A stretch of 64,000 nt of DNA from the human T2T-CHM13v2.0 reference genome, Homo sapiens. Numbering within the stretch: position 1 is the stretch's first letter; the number at the start of each line of letters is the position of its first letter. A model generated the notes under the pieces. That model did not search any database. It saw nothing but the letters and a program-made list of their open reading frames with translations, and was not told where the DNA came from. The stretch lies in NCBI RefSeq assembly GCF_009914755.1, contig NC_060928.1; one strand, written 5' to 3'. This document shows, piece after piece, positions 16,081 to 31,455 of this stretch. Position numbers and translations under genes: made by a program.

Positions 16081-16200
16081 GATTATGAATCCATTGTACC
16101 TAAACTTTTCTTGAATGTGATCAAAAAGAACAGTTTTACCTGCCTTCTTCACAGAGGTGTTGAAAAGATGGTTAAAGTTAAGGATACAGTGAAAATGTTC

Positions 16201-16562
16201 CTCAGCCATAAAAAGAAAAAATGTCATTTATGAAATAATGGCATTTGCAGCAACGTGGATGGAGTTGAAGATCATTATTCTAAGTGAAATAACTCAGGAA
16301 TGAAAAAACAAACATCGTATGTTCTCACTTATAAGTGAGAGCTAAGCTATGAAGATGCAGAGCATAAGAATGATATAATGGACTCTGGGGACTTGGTGGG
16401 AGGGTGGAAGGGAGGTGAGGGATAAAAGGCTACACATTGGGTACAGGGTACACTGCCCAGGTGATGGGTGAACCAAATCTCAGAAATCACCACTAAAGAA
16501 CTTTTCCATGCAACTAAACATAACCTATTCCCCAAAAACTATTGAAATAAAAATTTAAAAAG
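16201..16562 (+). mobile_element. L1PB (L1PB1-like) 3' end
   Basis: aaggctacacattgggtacagggtacactg...cagaaatcaccactaaagaactt...aactattgaaataaaaa. Confidence 0.85.
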
Positions 16563-16959
16563 AAAATGCTAAGATGGCATAAATATTAAATTATTAGTAA
16601 GTAAACAATCAGAAGGTAATAATTGATTATAGTACGTGTGGGTTCTAGTAGACCCTGTTCTTCTAAATAATAATTCTTGCATATCTAATGAGTTTTTATT
16701 CATTTTGCATTTTTCTGTTTCAGCATTATAGTTATATGTGCACACATGATGCACTTCTAAATAAACAAACAGTACCATGATAGGCTCATCTTTTTTGGAA
16801 CTCATGTATTCTACAAATATTTACTAAAGTTAAAAAAGTGCAAGGTATTCTGTCAGATATTATAAAGGAAGAGAGATGAATTTTCCTTGAACACTTGGAG
16901 TCTAGGAGGAAAAGAAAGATATATAATATAATATTGGTAATACTGCTCCTGCATGCCAA

Positions 16960-17085
16960 ACACACTACTATGTTATTTCTGCTCTTCTCAAAACCCAGCA
17001 CAAAACAGCATTATAATCTCCATTTTGCAGGTTAGGAAATTGCCCAAGGTCACACTGCTAATAAGTTAGCAGAGCTGTGTGAACA
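16960..17085 (+). mobile_element. MIR
   Basis: ccattttgcag...ttgcccaaggtcacactgctaataagt MIR core. Confidence 0.7.
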
Positions 17086-17681
17086 GTCTAGAGAATAAGA
17101 AGGTAAATGTTATTTTCACTATAGCACATAATATTAAAAATAACCAATTTCAAATAGTAAGTGCTAAGTTCTATAAAAATTTTATAGCAAAAATTCATAT
17201 AATTTAAGAATTAACTTGTAAATATTTATTCTTATAATATGCACATCCTATTAGCCTTAATGAAAATTCACTTTCCAATCATCAGGCATTTATTTTGTTC
17301 ACTCCATCAAATACTTTAGTTTTGCAAGAAGCATTTTTATATGTGCATTCGCTTTTGAAATCCATGAAGATGATTAAGTTTTTTCTAAAACCAACACCAG
17401 AACCTGGAATGCCCAATAATTGCTGAATGAATGAATGAATGAATGGGTGGTGAATTAGCACAAAAAAGTAATTCTTTCCCTAATATTTTTAGTGCAGGTT
17501 AACATTTTATGTTGGTACATGAGATAGATGGAATAGGAAAAAATGACAGTGTCAAAATTCAAGGCAATAACAAAATCAATTCATTGTGGGAATGGTAGCA
17601 GAAATCAACAGATCATTTTGGTCAGTTATTATCAGAGGGAAGCTTAATAATTTTGTTTAACATAGTGCTTACAGAGTTTTA

Positions 17682-17846
17682 CCAGTGGTGTGAGAACCAG
17701 TTATCCTAAGGGCTAATTCCAACTCTGCAGACAGTAACATCATGTTGGTAGCTTGACAAAGAACATGGTTGGAGTATTTATATCTTGAAAATTGCCAAAT
17801 ACTAGTCATGACTTTTTCCTGAGAGCAGACATGTTGCACATCACTG
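17682..17846. mobile_element. MER63-like hAT DNA element
   Basis: Ends ccagtggtgtg / cacatcactgg; internal catgttggtagcttga...ggagtattta. Confidence 0.7.
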
Positions 17847-20305
17847 GCTTCTACTCATGCTTAGTGGCTGGCAGAATTCAGAGGTGATAAATATCTGCAA
17901 TTCTTGGAGGAGTTTCTCTCAACAAAATGTTGCCCTGTAATTATCTGAGCTGAGACCCCTGACTGTTTGCTTAAAAGGAAATTTAATTTTTGCCTGGTTT
18001 TGAAATTTAATGAATTTTCTGAAAATGTAACTGTCATGTAAACTGATGAACCACTGAACTTTGCATAATCATCATTTTATAAAAATCTCTTTACTGAGGG
18101 AAATGGCTTTTATGCTGTTTGAGTCGTACAACTGGTATTAGTTTTTGTTGCTGCCATGTCATTCAATTTGATTCTGTTGAGGTGTAAGCACCTGGTGACT
18201 TCAGCTATGTCTTCAATGTGGTTGCGCCAGAGCATTTATATACTCAAGTATACATCATTTTATCATAAAAATTGCTCATTTCTCTTTTATATTATACTCA
18301 ATGCTTTTAATTGATTTTTTGAAGCCAAGAGTATAGGTGGCTATATTATCTGTGAACTGCATTTTAACATATTAAAAGAGCACTGACGCAGTTCAGCCTT
18401 TTCATTTCCAGAAGAGAGAGTGTGACCTGATGAGGTAAAGTGACCTGACCAAGGTCACATAACTCACTGACATTTCAGTTTTTTAATTTATCTATTTTCC
18501 ATTAACTTTCAGTAACCAATATTATGTGTTAGCTTTATCTGGAATAACACATGCATAGTATTTGTGAAAATACACACGTAGTCCTCTTGACTTTATTTCT
18601 AACAGAAGCCTCTGCTAGATTTGAGCAATATACCTTCATCTAAATCATGCCGCATTCTTATGTTCAATGACAGGGATTTATTTATTAGGTAATGAGCCCA
18701 GAAATTATGCTGCTACTTTTACACCTTTATTCTTTTTATGGCACCCGAGAAATACATCCCATATTTCATATTTCTAAGCATTTGGGGAGCCACTTGCTTT
18801 GATTGAAATTGCTGGTTCATGCTACCACCTAGACAAAAGCCACTGACCTGAATGCCAGAGCTAATGTGACTGTTGCATACTAAGCTGACTTTTAGCTTCA
18901 AACTTTACTAATGTGTTTACACTGAAAAAGAATGAAATGAAAACCTATTTTCAATTTGCTATGTCAGCTAAAGAAAGTAAAAAAAAAATGTGTGGTAGAT
19001 GCTTAAGGCAGAGGAAATGAGGACTATTGCTGGAAATTTAGCACTGCACAATAGAGAAAAACATGGCTTTATATTCTAGGTCCCCATGGATAGCTGCCTA
19101 TGAATATCATAGCAATGCTGTTCTAAGCAAGGTAATTCTTCTCATACCAGTTTTTCTCTTGCTCAAGGTCATGTCTAAGAGTAGAATGAAATCAGCATAA
19201 TGCTTTAAAATATACGTCCAGTGAATTCAGGTTAAATTCTAAAACGTCAGGTTGATTCTTTTTGTAAGCTTGGTTCCAGATTTTAGCTTGTGCAATGAGA
19301 AAATGTTGCCTGAATATTTTTCTGTACTTGAATTGGCATACTTTAAAGTTCAAAATGGGAGGCAGGTAAATTTAAGTTCTAGAATTTAAAAGGTTTAACA
19401 TTATAATCTGTTTTCTGTCTCTGTATGTTTGAAAATCTTTAGGATATAGCCAACATATTATTCTCAATATGGTGCTTTATTTTCCATTTATGTAACAGAT
19501 AAAGTGGGTCTTTGATTCACGTGGCTGCGACACTCATTTCATCTATTTATGCAATTGCACGTTCATATGTACGAAAGCCAGCTCAGATTTTTCTTCCTCC
19601 AAAGTCCTCCTTCAAGGACTTCTCAGAGCCTTAAGTATATGCTAACATAAAATATAAATCTCCAAATGAAAAATATTACTGGCACTGTTCCCAAATTTAT
19701 TTTTCCTCAATGCAACTTTATTCTAGGAGCATCTGAAAAAATGTACTTCTATTTGGCAAACTTTTAAAATGCTGCTCTTTTACATGATTTACTTTTTGTT
19801 GTTGTTAGTTTCCGATACACCAAGGCCTAGCTTCCCTATCACAATCTGCCTGTTCAGGGAAGGGACAATCCTCTTTATTTATCTGGCACAGTTAATTTAA
19901 AAAAAGCTGCTCAACCTTTACAATGTGACTGTATATTTAGAGATAACTAATTACAGAAGTCTCTTTGATTAATATATTTATGTGTGTGATCATTATTGTA
20001 GATGTTGTTTTTTAAAAGCACACAGAGAAACCAACATGCAAAAGAAAGGAAAAATATTGTCTGCTTGTTTGCTTCATGAATGTGATCATTTAGATTATTT
20101 TTTGTTATCACACTTTTCCCCATCGTGCCATGTTTTCAGACAGACCCTTTTATCATGGAGAGAAAAGCAACGGCCCATAAAAAGAGTGTTTTGAAAGCTA
20201 GCACTATGACATTACCAAGTTTTTCTATTATTATTTTTTCTTTCACCACGTGACCTTATGTTGTTCGGTAACTAAGAAGGTCTTCTAATGTTTAAAATTA
20301 TACTG

Positions 20306-20364
20306 ATGCATGTGTGTGTGTGCGCGCGCGTGTGCATGCACCTGCACGTGCACATGTGCACGTA
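20306..20364. repeat. Alternating purine-pyrimidine tract (TG)n(CG)n plus 18-bp palindrome
   Basis: atgcatgtgtgtgtgtgcgcgcgcgtgtgcatgca; acgtgcacatgtgcacgt at 20346-20363. Confidence 0.9.
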
Positions 20365-22119
20365 GTTGTGTTTTTCAAAATCAAACGTAATATAGGAATT
20401 CAAAACATAGAAATGCACCTTAGTAAACTGAGATTACCCTTTCTGGACTTCCTAAATTGAAGTAGAATTTAAACTACCAGTGGATACACATGCAAGTCTG
20501 AGATTAGCTTTAGGATTCCTAGTCTTACTATTATGATATATACTGCCTACAAAGGAAAAAATAATCAGTAGTAATTATTAATATGTTCAGTGGAGATTAG
20601 ACCTTGAGAATGATTTTCAGAACTGAGGCATAATGTGAAAGTCTTCACCATGGATGCTCATAGCTAAACACCAAATAGTTGGTCTAGGCTCCCTACATCC
20701 CTCCTGTTTAAGGTCAGGATTGTTCCTGGGTCTTTCAGTTATGAGGTTCACAAACCCTGAGAGATAAGTAGCCAAGACAGAGCTAGAACCCAGATCTTTT
20801 AAGTCTTACTCTTGTATCCTTTGAGAATTGCTCTTCCAAAAATAGGAGGGTTTCTGTAACTTTGAACCAGCTTCTCCGATACCTAAATATTTGGTCTGTA
20901 TTATATCTTATCTCATTTTAGTTAACAATGTTTCTAATGAGCTATGAGCCTCAGTTTCTCATGTATAAAATTCATAAAATAATACTTGTATATAGACTAT
21001 TAAATATGTATACACATGTATAACATTTATTCAGAATAATAGAATTAGCTTACCTTACTGAAGATACACTTTAGACATAGAATTATAATAGTTCTTGTAT
21101 TGAATATTTACAGGCACAGTTCAGGTACTATACTGAAAATATATACTCAGTACATTTTTGAATTTATCTTGTTTTTATGTATCAGTTGATTAAACATTTT
21201 AAAACAATTGGAACAAACTTAGTGAGATTTGAATGCTTTAGAGTTCTAATTCTCTAGTGAACAAACAAAGGGAAGCTTAATTGGAAAGTAAATGATTTTG
21301 TGACATTTTCAGTTTATATACATACAAAATGACAAATCAAAAAATACTCACATTTTAAAATTTTGTCTTACCCAAAATGGAAAATACAGGACTTATATTG
21401 TTATTTGGGGTAAATAGTTAAAAATCCTGAAAAGGAACTTTTTTTTTTTTCATTGCTTTCTTTATATGCCAGCATACCTCATGCACACACAACTTGCAGC
21501 TTCTTTTTGTTCTCACACATAATTTGATATTATAAGTAGGGATGATTTAAATGAGGATTTAGAAATGAATGGAAACCTCAATGGAAGCAACTGCATGTTG
21601 AAATAATTCTAGGTTCTACAAAAAGAAAGGAGAATATTGGCAACATAGTTGAAGGAAATGAACTTTAAGAAGTAGATTCCAACAGGATTAGTCTACTACT
21701 GTGAAATGGAAGAAGTAAATAAAACAAACAGAAAAAATAATTAAGTAGAAAAAGAACTTACAAGACCTGAATTCTTCTGAATTCCAGACAAAAGAGTAGG
21801 CAACAATAATGATAAAATGTATACATCTAGAATGGTACTGAGGACAGAAGGACAATTTGGAATAATATAATACTCTGAAGTTTAACATGGTCACTAAGAA
21901 GTATATAGAAGTAGAAAAATATGGAAATGACAAAATCAAGACTTCTCAATTAAAGATGTAATATGTTGAGTTAGGTGCACTACTCGCTGAGGACAAGGTG
22001 TATGTCTTCCTTATGTTTACACTTCTAGTCTGCTTGTGCTCAGCACTGCACTTGCCATGTAGCAGGTATTCATTCAATGCCCTTTTATTTAACCCAGTTT
22101 GGTAATCCAGGAAGCTCAT

Positions 22120-22823
<704 letters not shown>

Positions 22824-25026
22824 CTCTTATTTGGGGAATGTAAGAAAGAACTAATGATAGATGATGATAGGAGCTAAAGATTTTTAGGTCTTCCGCAAAA
22901 AAAAAAAAAAAAAAATGAACACTTACCAAGTAATCTCAAATAGATGAGCTTTAATGAGAAAATGCCACATTGATTTTGCACTTTGAAGGAATGTATAACA
23001 CTTAAATATTTGTTGGATGTAATTTATACGGTACCTACTGAAAATGAGGAAACTGAGGCTCAGTAAAATTGAACATTATACCATTAATGTGATCTGAGAT
23101 ATGGTTACCCTCAGGGACTATATACCACACCATGTCACCATGTTGTATTCATATTTAGTCTTCTTCTCTCTAGGAAGTGATCTCATTTTTGTCATTCTTC
23201 ACTCATTGGATGAGTCCTCATTCACACACATCACACACACCTCCAACTATCTGACAATTCTTAGTCTTAGAAAATTCTCTGAACTCTGTGATTCCCAAGT
23301 GATGCAGAGTCAAACTGATGTTATTAAATGACAAAGGGACTGAGGGCTATTTAAGTTTTAAAAATCTAAATCTTAGCCTGAGGCCTTTACAGAAAAAGAA
23401 AAGAAATCCCCAAGAATTTTAAGGCATTTTTTGGTATTATTTTTGTGATTTCCATTTTTGAAGGGCTAAGATTCACAGTTTAGGTTACAGGTAAGTCATT
23501 TCATAAATAAATATGTAGTAGCTTAAAAAAGATGATGCCCGTGATGTTTCTTAAAATCCTAGTGGTCATGTTTAAAATGTAACATGACACTTGATACCCT
23601 GCATAATCTATATGACTATATGTACTTGAGAAGAAATACTAATGTAATCTAGTAACTCTTTATTCTCTTAATGAGGTATGCTATTCCATAGCTCTTTAGC
23701 TTTTTGGTAGGGTAAAACTCAAAGAGACAACCCACATAACATTAAAAAGAACTCATTAAATAAAATGCAACATTTTGAGATGCATAATTTTCAAATGGAA
23801 CCACTGTGTATTACAGTGAGATAATTAAATATTTTATGTTTTACCTGAACTTCCAGAATAAGACATTGATATATACATTTACAGTATATAGAGCCACTGA
23901 TTTTACCATGCATAGAAGTGGATGGAATATCAAAATGCTTTGTTCCAGTACTTTGTGATTATAATGAAGACTTATGGTTTTTTAAATTTTGACAACTTTT
24001 AGGCAACAGTAAATATGAACACATAGATTATATTTTTTGTTTGTAGAGTATTTATTAACTATATAAGCAACATCTGTGAAGTATAGAATAATTTCCATCT
24101 ACAAAAGGAAAATGTTGTAATACATATTTAGTTTATAATAGTATGTTAAGAACCATCAACTTATTCTTTTAATTCCATATTCCACAGATGTTCATTAGAC
24201 ACCTACCATTAAATGTTAACAAAATTTCTTCATGGGTGAATTGAATACACTTAGAGGCAACCCATTTTTTAAAAAAGTATGAGTATAATCTGGATTCCTG
24301 TGAGTATAAATGTAGCTCATATTTATTAATGATTGTTTACTCTAAAAATATTCAGACTGGTTTGGCAGGCTCTCTGTCTGAGGCTTGAAGAGCTTGCTCT
24401 GGGATCCTTGTTTTCTCAGCCTCTCTAATTGAGGGCACCTTCACAGTTTCAGGGTACTTTACAGCACGGAGAAGAACCTAAAAACAAAACGAAAACATGA
24501 TGGGTCATAACTATGAGGAAATAAAAAGAACTGTATAAATTGCAAAGTCTGAAAATCAAAAATGTAATACTTGAACTAAATTCATTTTAAGATAATATTA
24601 ATGTGGAAAGGAATGCATCTGATTGATATAAAAAGTGTAAGAACACTTGCAGTTTAATGTTAAGCAGTTACATTGCAAAGACTAGTCTCAAATTTTAGAA
24701 CTTCATTGAAAAATCAGTCATAAATTGTTTCTCCATAAACAATTAAAAACCAGTTTTCTGATTCTGGTTAATTGTTTCTTTTTCATTAAATTTGTTAAAT
24801 GGGGATCACTAAAAGTAAGGTCTCACAAGATAGTGTGCATATTGCTTTACATTTTAAACTTCCATATGGCAGATCTTTCCCCTGTGAACTTGAAAGGATA
24901 GATAGTATCATTTTATTTTATAAATGATGACATCCACAGAGGCTAAGTGATTAGCTGTGTCATTCCAACAAATAGTAGACTGGAAATCTAAATCAGTATT
25001 TCTTTGAAGGGAAATATATACATCTA

Positions 25027-25030
<4 letters not shown>

Positions 25031-25067
<37 letters not shown>
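25031..25067. repeat. (TG)n microsatellite
   Basis: Direct reading. Confidence 0.97.
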
Positions 25068-25069
<2 letters not shown>

Positions 25070-25342
25070 ACGCATTTCTTATGTCACAGGACTAACACAA
25101 TGAAATGTTATTTTAAGAATTGAAACTTAGTGTGAGAAGTATTATGTGCAAATGTATAAAACATTGTCACACATTATACAATCGATCCCAGATTGTGTCC
25201 CTTAGTTGCCTGTAGCATTGACATTTAACTTGTCTAAAACTAACTTTATCATCTATAAAATGCAACTAATAATATCTGCCTTATCTCAGAGATAGATAAA
25301 TTCTATGTGTCAGTGCCTGGGAGGATTACATTTGTTTTAGCT

Positions 25343-26450
25343 AATCATTCATTTATGCATCTATTCATGCAACAAACATTTATTAAGTGCATTCAATGTA
25401 CAAGCATTAGTGAAGATGTTGGAGATAAATTAATGGACTTATACTGCATGAAGAAGAAATGTATAAATCATAAACAATAGTACAAACACAAATAATACCA
25501 TCGTTAATAACATCAGACAATTATAAACATGTTGCATTGGTTGGAGAGGAAGCTGAGGATTGCTGCAGTAGTCTATGCATGAAGTGAGAAGGGCCTCTAC
25601 TGGAAAGATGCTGCTAGGAATGGAGAAGACTTCATATTTATGAGTAATGCATTTTAAGTAAGAGAGATAAGGTTTCTCTCTCTCCAGTAGAAAGGAATAG
25701 AGAAAAAAAGAGCTGAGGAAAGTCAGTTATGATGTAAAACCTAAGATAAAGGCAAAATAGTAATAAGAACACTAAGGGGTGGGCAGTATTAGAGGAACAG
25801 TGACAATTTCAGTTTTGATCAGGTTGATTTTGAGGTGACTGATACATTCAAGATGAAAGAAAATTCAAAATTGGAATTTAGATGAAAGGGTAGTGCATGT
25901 ATTCAGAGTTAGCAGTACTTCGGTATGAGGAAAAACTAAGTTTCTGATTAAATGTTAAAAGACCAAAGTCAGAGCTTAAAACCATACTGATACTAGAATG
26001 CAGAATGGGCAAAGCAAAAATGAAAAAAAAAAAAAGTAGTAATATCCCAGAAAACTGTGAAGGAAAGAATAGAAACTTTGTGAACATTAAAATTAGCACA
26101 ACAGCCAAAAATGAATACTGAAGAGAAACTATCTTAATTTAATAATAAGCAGATACTTTGTGACATTTGATAGAGTAGTTTCAGAAAACTTGTGGGAAGT
26201 ACAATGGGTTACAGAAGGAACGGTTGGAGAGGAGGTAGAGAAAGCAGATGTTGCACTGCAAAATGGTGTGAAGTAGCTGTAAGACAGAGCTATTCAAATG
26301 ATGAATTAGTAAAATCCATGATGGCTGAAGAGAAGAGATGGAAACTAATGGAGAATATAGGAGTTTCCAGAGGAAGACGTTCTCTTAAGATCGAATGAAG
26401 CAGATTTTAAAAGCTCAGCTACAGTAGATGACTCTTAAGAATCTAAAGGA
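25343..26450 (-). mobile_element. L2 fragments
   Basis: attcatgcaacaaacatttattaagtgc (reverse L2 3' end); ttcagttttgatcaggttgattttgaggtg. Confidence 0.6.
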
Positions 26451-27430
26451 AAAGATGAAGGGTTATGTCTTAGCAAATAGGGAGTTGAAGTTTTGGGGAG
26501 CAACAAAGAATGTCCAGACGAAGGGAAGGCAAAGTTCAACATTATAACTAATAAAAGTTGGATTGGATGACTTGGGGACTTAGAATAACAAGCAAAGCAA
26601 GTCTCTTAATTCTTCCCTTTGGAATTATATAGACTGAACTGACCCATCTCAGGCATAGCTGAACAATTCCAGTCTTCTCTCTCAGTCACCTTTGGTTGCT
26701 CCAATGATTTTGCCAAAGGTAGATCAGAATGTGTGTTTTGGTGAGCAGATTTGCTCACATAAGTGAAACAATGAAATGGGGGCAAGCAAGAGGCAGGCTG
26801 CAACATACCTACTTGCTTATTTCTTTGATATCACCTATAGGATGAGTCATTCTTCTTTTTGGTGGGTGGGGAGCAAGGCTAAGAGGCCATAATTTTTCTC
26901 CTTCGAAATTCTTTCCCTTTATGGAACTTAGAATAGGGTGATTACCAATTATAGCTTAATATCTAAGACGGACCTAACTTTGTTCCCAGAATGCACCTGC
27001 ATTGGGTAATCTGTGTAAAACACAACACATCATATAATTCTTTATATGAAATTTTTATAATGTGTTTTGAATTTTTTTGGTGGTATAATCTGTCTTTGAT
27101 AGCATAGGAAAGGATAATTCATATAAAAGCTGAAGAATGATGGTTTAATGTGTTGAACAGAATATACCATGAGCAAAAGCTTGTTGATTTGGGTAAGTCT
27201 CTACCTTGTTTCTTTAGGAGAATGTCATTTATGACTCCTCCTGCATTTGTATACCTTCGTAATTCTCAGTAACATAGAAATTTGATTTATAGGTATTTTT
27301 ATAATGTATATATTTTACATAAAATATTTTGATGCATCTCACTTATTTTTTAATTGCATAAATTATATTGACCACTTACATCTATTATTAATGACATACC
27401 TCCCCAACTTCCCAAATCCTTATCATTAAC

Positions 27431-27727
27431 TTTTCTTTTTTTTTATTTTTAGACAGTCTCTCTCTGTCGCCCAGGCTGGAGTGCAGTGGTGCAATCTCGG
27501 CTCACTGCAACTTCTGCATCTGGGTTCAAGCAATTCTCCTGCCTCAGCCTCCCAAGTAGCTGGGACTACAGGCATGTGCTACCATGCCTAACTAATTTTC
27601 TGTATTTTTAGTAGAGACGGGCTTTTGCCACGTTAGCCAGAGTGGTCTTGATCTCCTGACCTCATGATCCACCTGCCTTGGCCTCCCAAAGTGCTGGGAT
27701 TACAGGCGTGAGCCACCGTGCCCAGCC
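27431..27727 (-). mobile_element. AluS
   Basis: Reverse Alu; TSD tatcattaac on both sides. Confidence 0.95.
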
Positions 27728-30259
27728 TATCATTAACATTTTTATTTATCTCAGAATCATAGTATCAGGATATCTTGAAGGATTTGGCCAAATATATTTC
27801 AGCAACATATTCAACAACATTATGTTAAACATGAAAAACATGAAAATCACATAGGTATGTATATATTGAGAGACTAAAGGGAGCAGAAAAGCAAGGTACT
27901 GATAATACAGAAGGGCTGTTGTTCCTAGAATGGAAATAGCTGAGATTGCAAAGGGGCAATTAGAAAGATGTCATGGTGTTAACATAACTTTATATACGTA
28001 TACACATGCTGTGTTCATTTATGAGCGGCAGTAAACCTATAGTGATGCCGTCTATAAGAAAGAAACAGAGAAATCGAGTAATATGATTTAGAAAATAACA
28101 AAGAATCTGTTATAAAGTAATAATTATCACATGAAATCTGACTTTCATATTTTCTCAAGCACTTTGAAATGTACAAGGTTCTGTTCCGAGTATAAAGCTT
28201 GCTGAAGACCATTTTTTTCAAATTTATAGACAAAATGTAAAAACAATTTGATAAGTTCTCATTTCAGAAAGTTTATGTCAGTGACATGAAAACATATCAG
28301 TAAATGCATTGTTAACAACTTAATCGAGTAATTTGCCTGTCATCATGACTCCTGGGTAATGTCAAGCTGTTTACAGCTAATGTAATTTTTGGTAGAAAAA
28401 AATCTATCCATTGGACATTTTTCATTTCACCTTATGGGAAATATTTTATTATAGTAGACAAGTTTCCAAAAAGAGATTATTATGAAAGTAGTTATTCTAG
28501 CAGTAACTTCTCAGATAAATGATCTGTATAAATATTTTTCTCAATCTCTGAATAGAATCCCAATCAGGAGTATTGGTATTACATGTAATCCAACTTCTAG
28601 CTCTATCGTTATGTATTTGTGTCATGTCAGACATTATTTTTTACTGGTTGGCCCTCAATTTTCTCACCTCTTGTCCTTAGCTTTGAACCAATCAAGTTAT
28701 GGTAATTGTGTTTATTGCTCGTCAGTAAAGGCAACTATAATAAGATATTTTGCATAAGGTTAGAATGTATTACAGTTGTTTAATAAAATTAACTGATTAA
28801 AATGCAGGGAATATTTTTCAAAAAGAGAAGGATGATTTTCAGGGTGGGATCCAGTCGTGAGAGTTGCATGAGTTTGCAGGCAGAAGTACCATAAAATATT
28901 AAATAAAAGAGGTTCTTGAATGCCAAGTCGAGGAGTGTGAATATATTTAATATCTGTAGGGTATGGAAGGCAGTTTCCCTCACTGAGTGAATATAAAAGG
29001 CCATATTAACCCATGAGAGTTATCTGCAGTTAGCATTTGTGTTGAAGTAAAGTTGCACTAAATGTATGTAGGGTTATAGGAGAATGATTTAGATCATATG
29101 AAACTGTGAAGGGAGAAGAACATACCAGGATGAAAGAAGTAATTTAAGAGTCAAAGCTACAGATATTTCAAGTAATATGTAGGAGAAAAAGAAGCTTAAC
29201 TTCAATTTCATTAAGGATAGTGAAAATCCATCTCAGTAGTGTTCAGGATGATAACAGATTGCAAAAGAAATGGAAGGAAGAGATGGTGAGAAAAATGAAG
29301 GCAGCTGGCATACATCATATCTTCTAGGGGTCTGGCAATGAAGAAAAATAGAGAAAAACTTCCTAAAATATTGGGATGAAATTTACTTAATTGCATTTTG
29401 GCATGTTCTCGAGGCTTTTTAACTTCTCGTCTGTGGTTTGTCAGAAGTAAAGACAGCTTTTCACATTTCCTGTCTTTTCAAATTTGGCTTCCAAGCCATG
29501 TTGAGGATGGAGTTATCTTCAAATTTCAGGGGTGTGATGTTGCGTATTGGACCACAGATGCTCCTCAATTCTGTGAGGATTTTTCATTATTTTGATTTCT
29601 TTTTTCCTATAAAAGTTTGCATTTCACCCTTCTCATTTTTCCCTCAGTTGTTAGAGGCTGCCTCAGTGAGCTCTAAATTCTCTGGCAGATGGTACTCAGG
29701 GATGACTTTGAGAGAATTCCTAGATTTCAAAGACATATACCTTTTCCCTGCCTCCTTGAATAATTTATGTTCTTTGGCTTCTCTTACCCATGACAATGGG
29801 CCCTGAAGGAGACCCAAATCTAATCTGAGATGTAATCTCCAGGGAAAACTGAACCACTGGGGAAAGCTCAGTTGTGGACAACCTGTGTCCTAAGGTGAGA
29901 AGGAGGGCCACTAGCATAAAAACAACTTGAACAGAACTTGCTTCACAAGCCAATAAATTCTAATAACAAAAGGCAAAGGAAAAAGTTCCCTATAGAAGCT
30001 AAGGATTTTCCAAAGCCTAATGCTCATTTTTTATATCCTTCTTTGTATGGTCAAAGGTTGATTCTTCCTTTACCAGACACAAAAAAGGGCTTAATTAAAA
30101 ATTTGAAATCAAATTTTAGAGATATAAACTATAAATAAATACATTTGCCTTTCAAATTTTTAGAACATTATCCTAGTTAATTCAAATTTTTTTATTTGAG
30201 ATGAAAGGCGATTTAAGCTAATTTTCATTGGATCATTTATTATTATTATTATTTTGCAG

Positions 30260-30716
30260 TGTATTAGTTAACTACTGTTATATAACAAATTACCCCAAAA
30301 CTTAATGGCTCACAGCATCAAAAATATATTAGCTCATAGTTTTTGTGGGTTAGGAATCTGGGTGCTGTATGTCTAGTGCTCAGGGTCCTTCACAAGATTG
30401 CCATCAAGTTGTCGACTGGGGATGTAGTCATCTGAAGGCTCACGTGAGTGAGTATCAAATTCCAAGCTCACTCACTTTGTTCAAGTTTTTGACATCTGCT
30501 GGCTGGAGACCACTTGTTTGCCTTGTGGGCCTCTCCACAGAGTAGTTTACAACATGGCAACAGCCTCTCTAGTTAGTATGAGCAAGCCCCAGAAGCATAT
30601 TTGCCATATTCTAATTATTAGATACAAATCAATAGGCTCGAGGTGAGGGGATTACACAAGGACAAGGATACTGGGAGGTGGAATCATGGGAAACCGTTTT
30701 ACATGCTGCCTACCAC
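30260..30716 (-). mobile_element. MLT1 (G/H-like) MaLR LTR
   Basis: tgtattagtt...taacaaattaccccaaaacttaatggct...gctgcctaccac. Confidence 0.8.
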
Positions 30717-31310
30717 TCACGTAATATCCTAGTATAATAAAATCATCAGCTCTTACTAATAAGGACATTTTACCTTTTAGTTTTCATTCATAAAACATCT
30801 ATTGCCCAACAGAGAAAATGATGCTGAATTTTAATTTTATAAGGAGAAACCACAAAATAAAAGACTTGTAGAAGTGTTCTCTTTTGCCCCTTCTTGGTTT
30901 TTGTTTGCAAAAAATTATGGAAAATTTTCAGCAGTAAAAGATTAAAATATTAACAAAATTATATATAGCTTTTACTATTTTTTAAATGCAAAAATTCATT
31001 TGTTTCCTACACAAGTAACCAGATTTTCAAATTCTACTATAGACACTTGTAAACACAAACATTCATATTTAAAATGTATTAAATAAAATATTTTAAATTT
31101 TCAAAATTTTAATTTTATAATGATTTGATATTTTATTCTTAAGCTAGTAATGACATTGGCTTTTTTGATCAGGAAACAGGAAATAAGAGATATTAAAGAC
31201 ATGGAAAATTATGCATGGATCTACAAATACAACGTAAATTTAACTTCTCAGTATATCCTAACACATATATTTTTTCTTCTAAAATGGAAATAAATTGCAA
31301 CCAAATAAAA

Positions 31311-31455
31311 CCTTATATTTCTGTATTAGATATTTTAATACTTTACTGCAGAAATATATATAATATATACCTTATATTTGTGTATTAGATATTTTAATAC
31401 TTCACTGCATATATATATATATGGTTATATATATATATATATATATATATAACCA
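31311..31455. repeat. 59-bp-period tandem duplication followed by an (AT)n palindrome
   Basis: ccttatatttStgtattagatattttaatacttYactgca twice; tggtt(at)12aacca. Confidence 0.9.

Noticed and set aside
29398-30138. Several 60-120 aa ORFs
   Set aside because: No recognisable domain, non-ATG starts, no supported splice structure.
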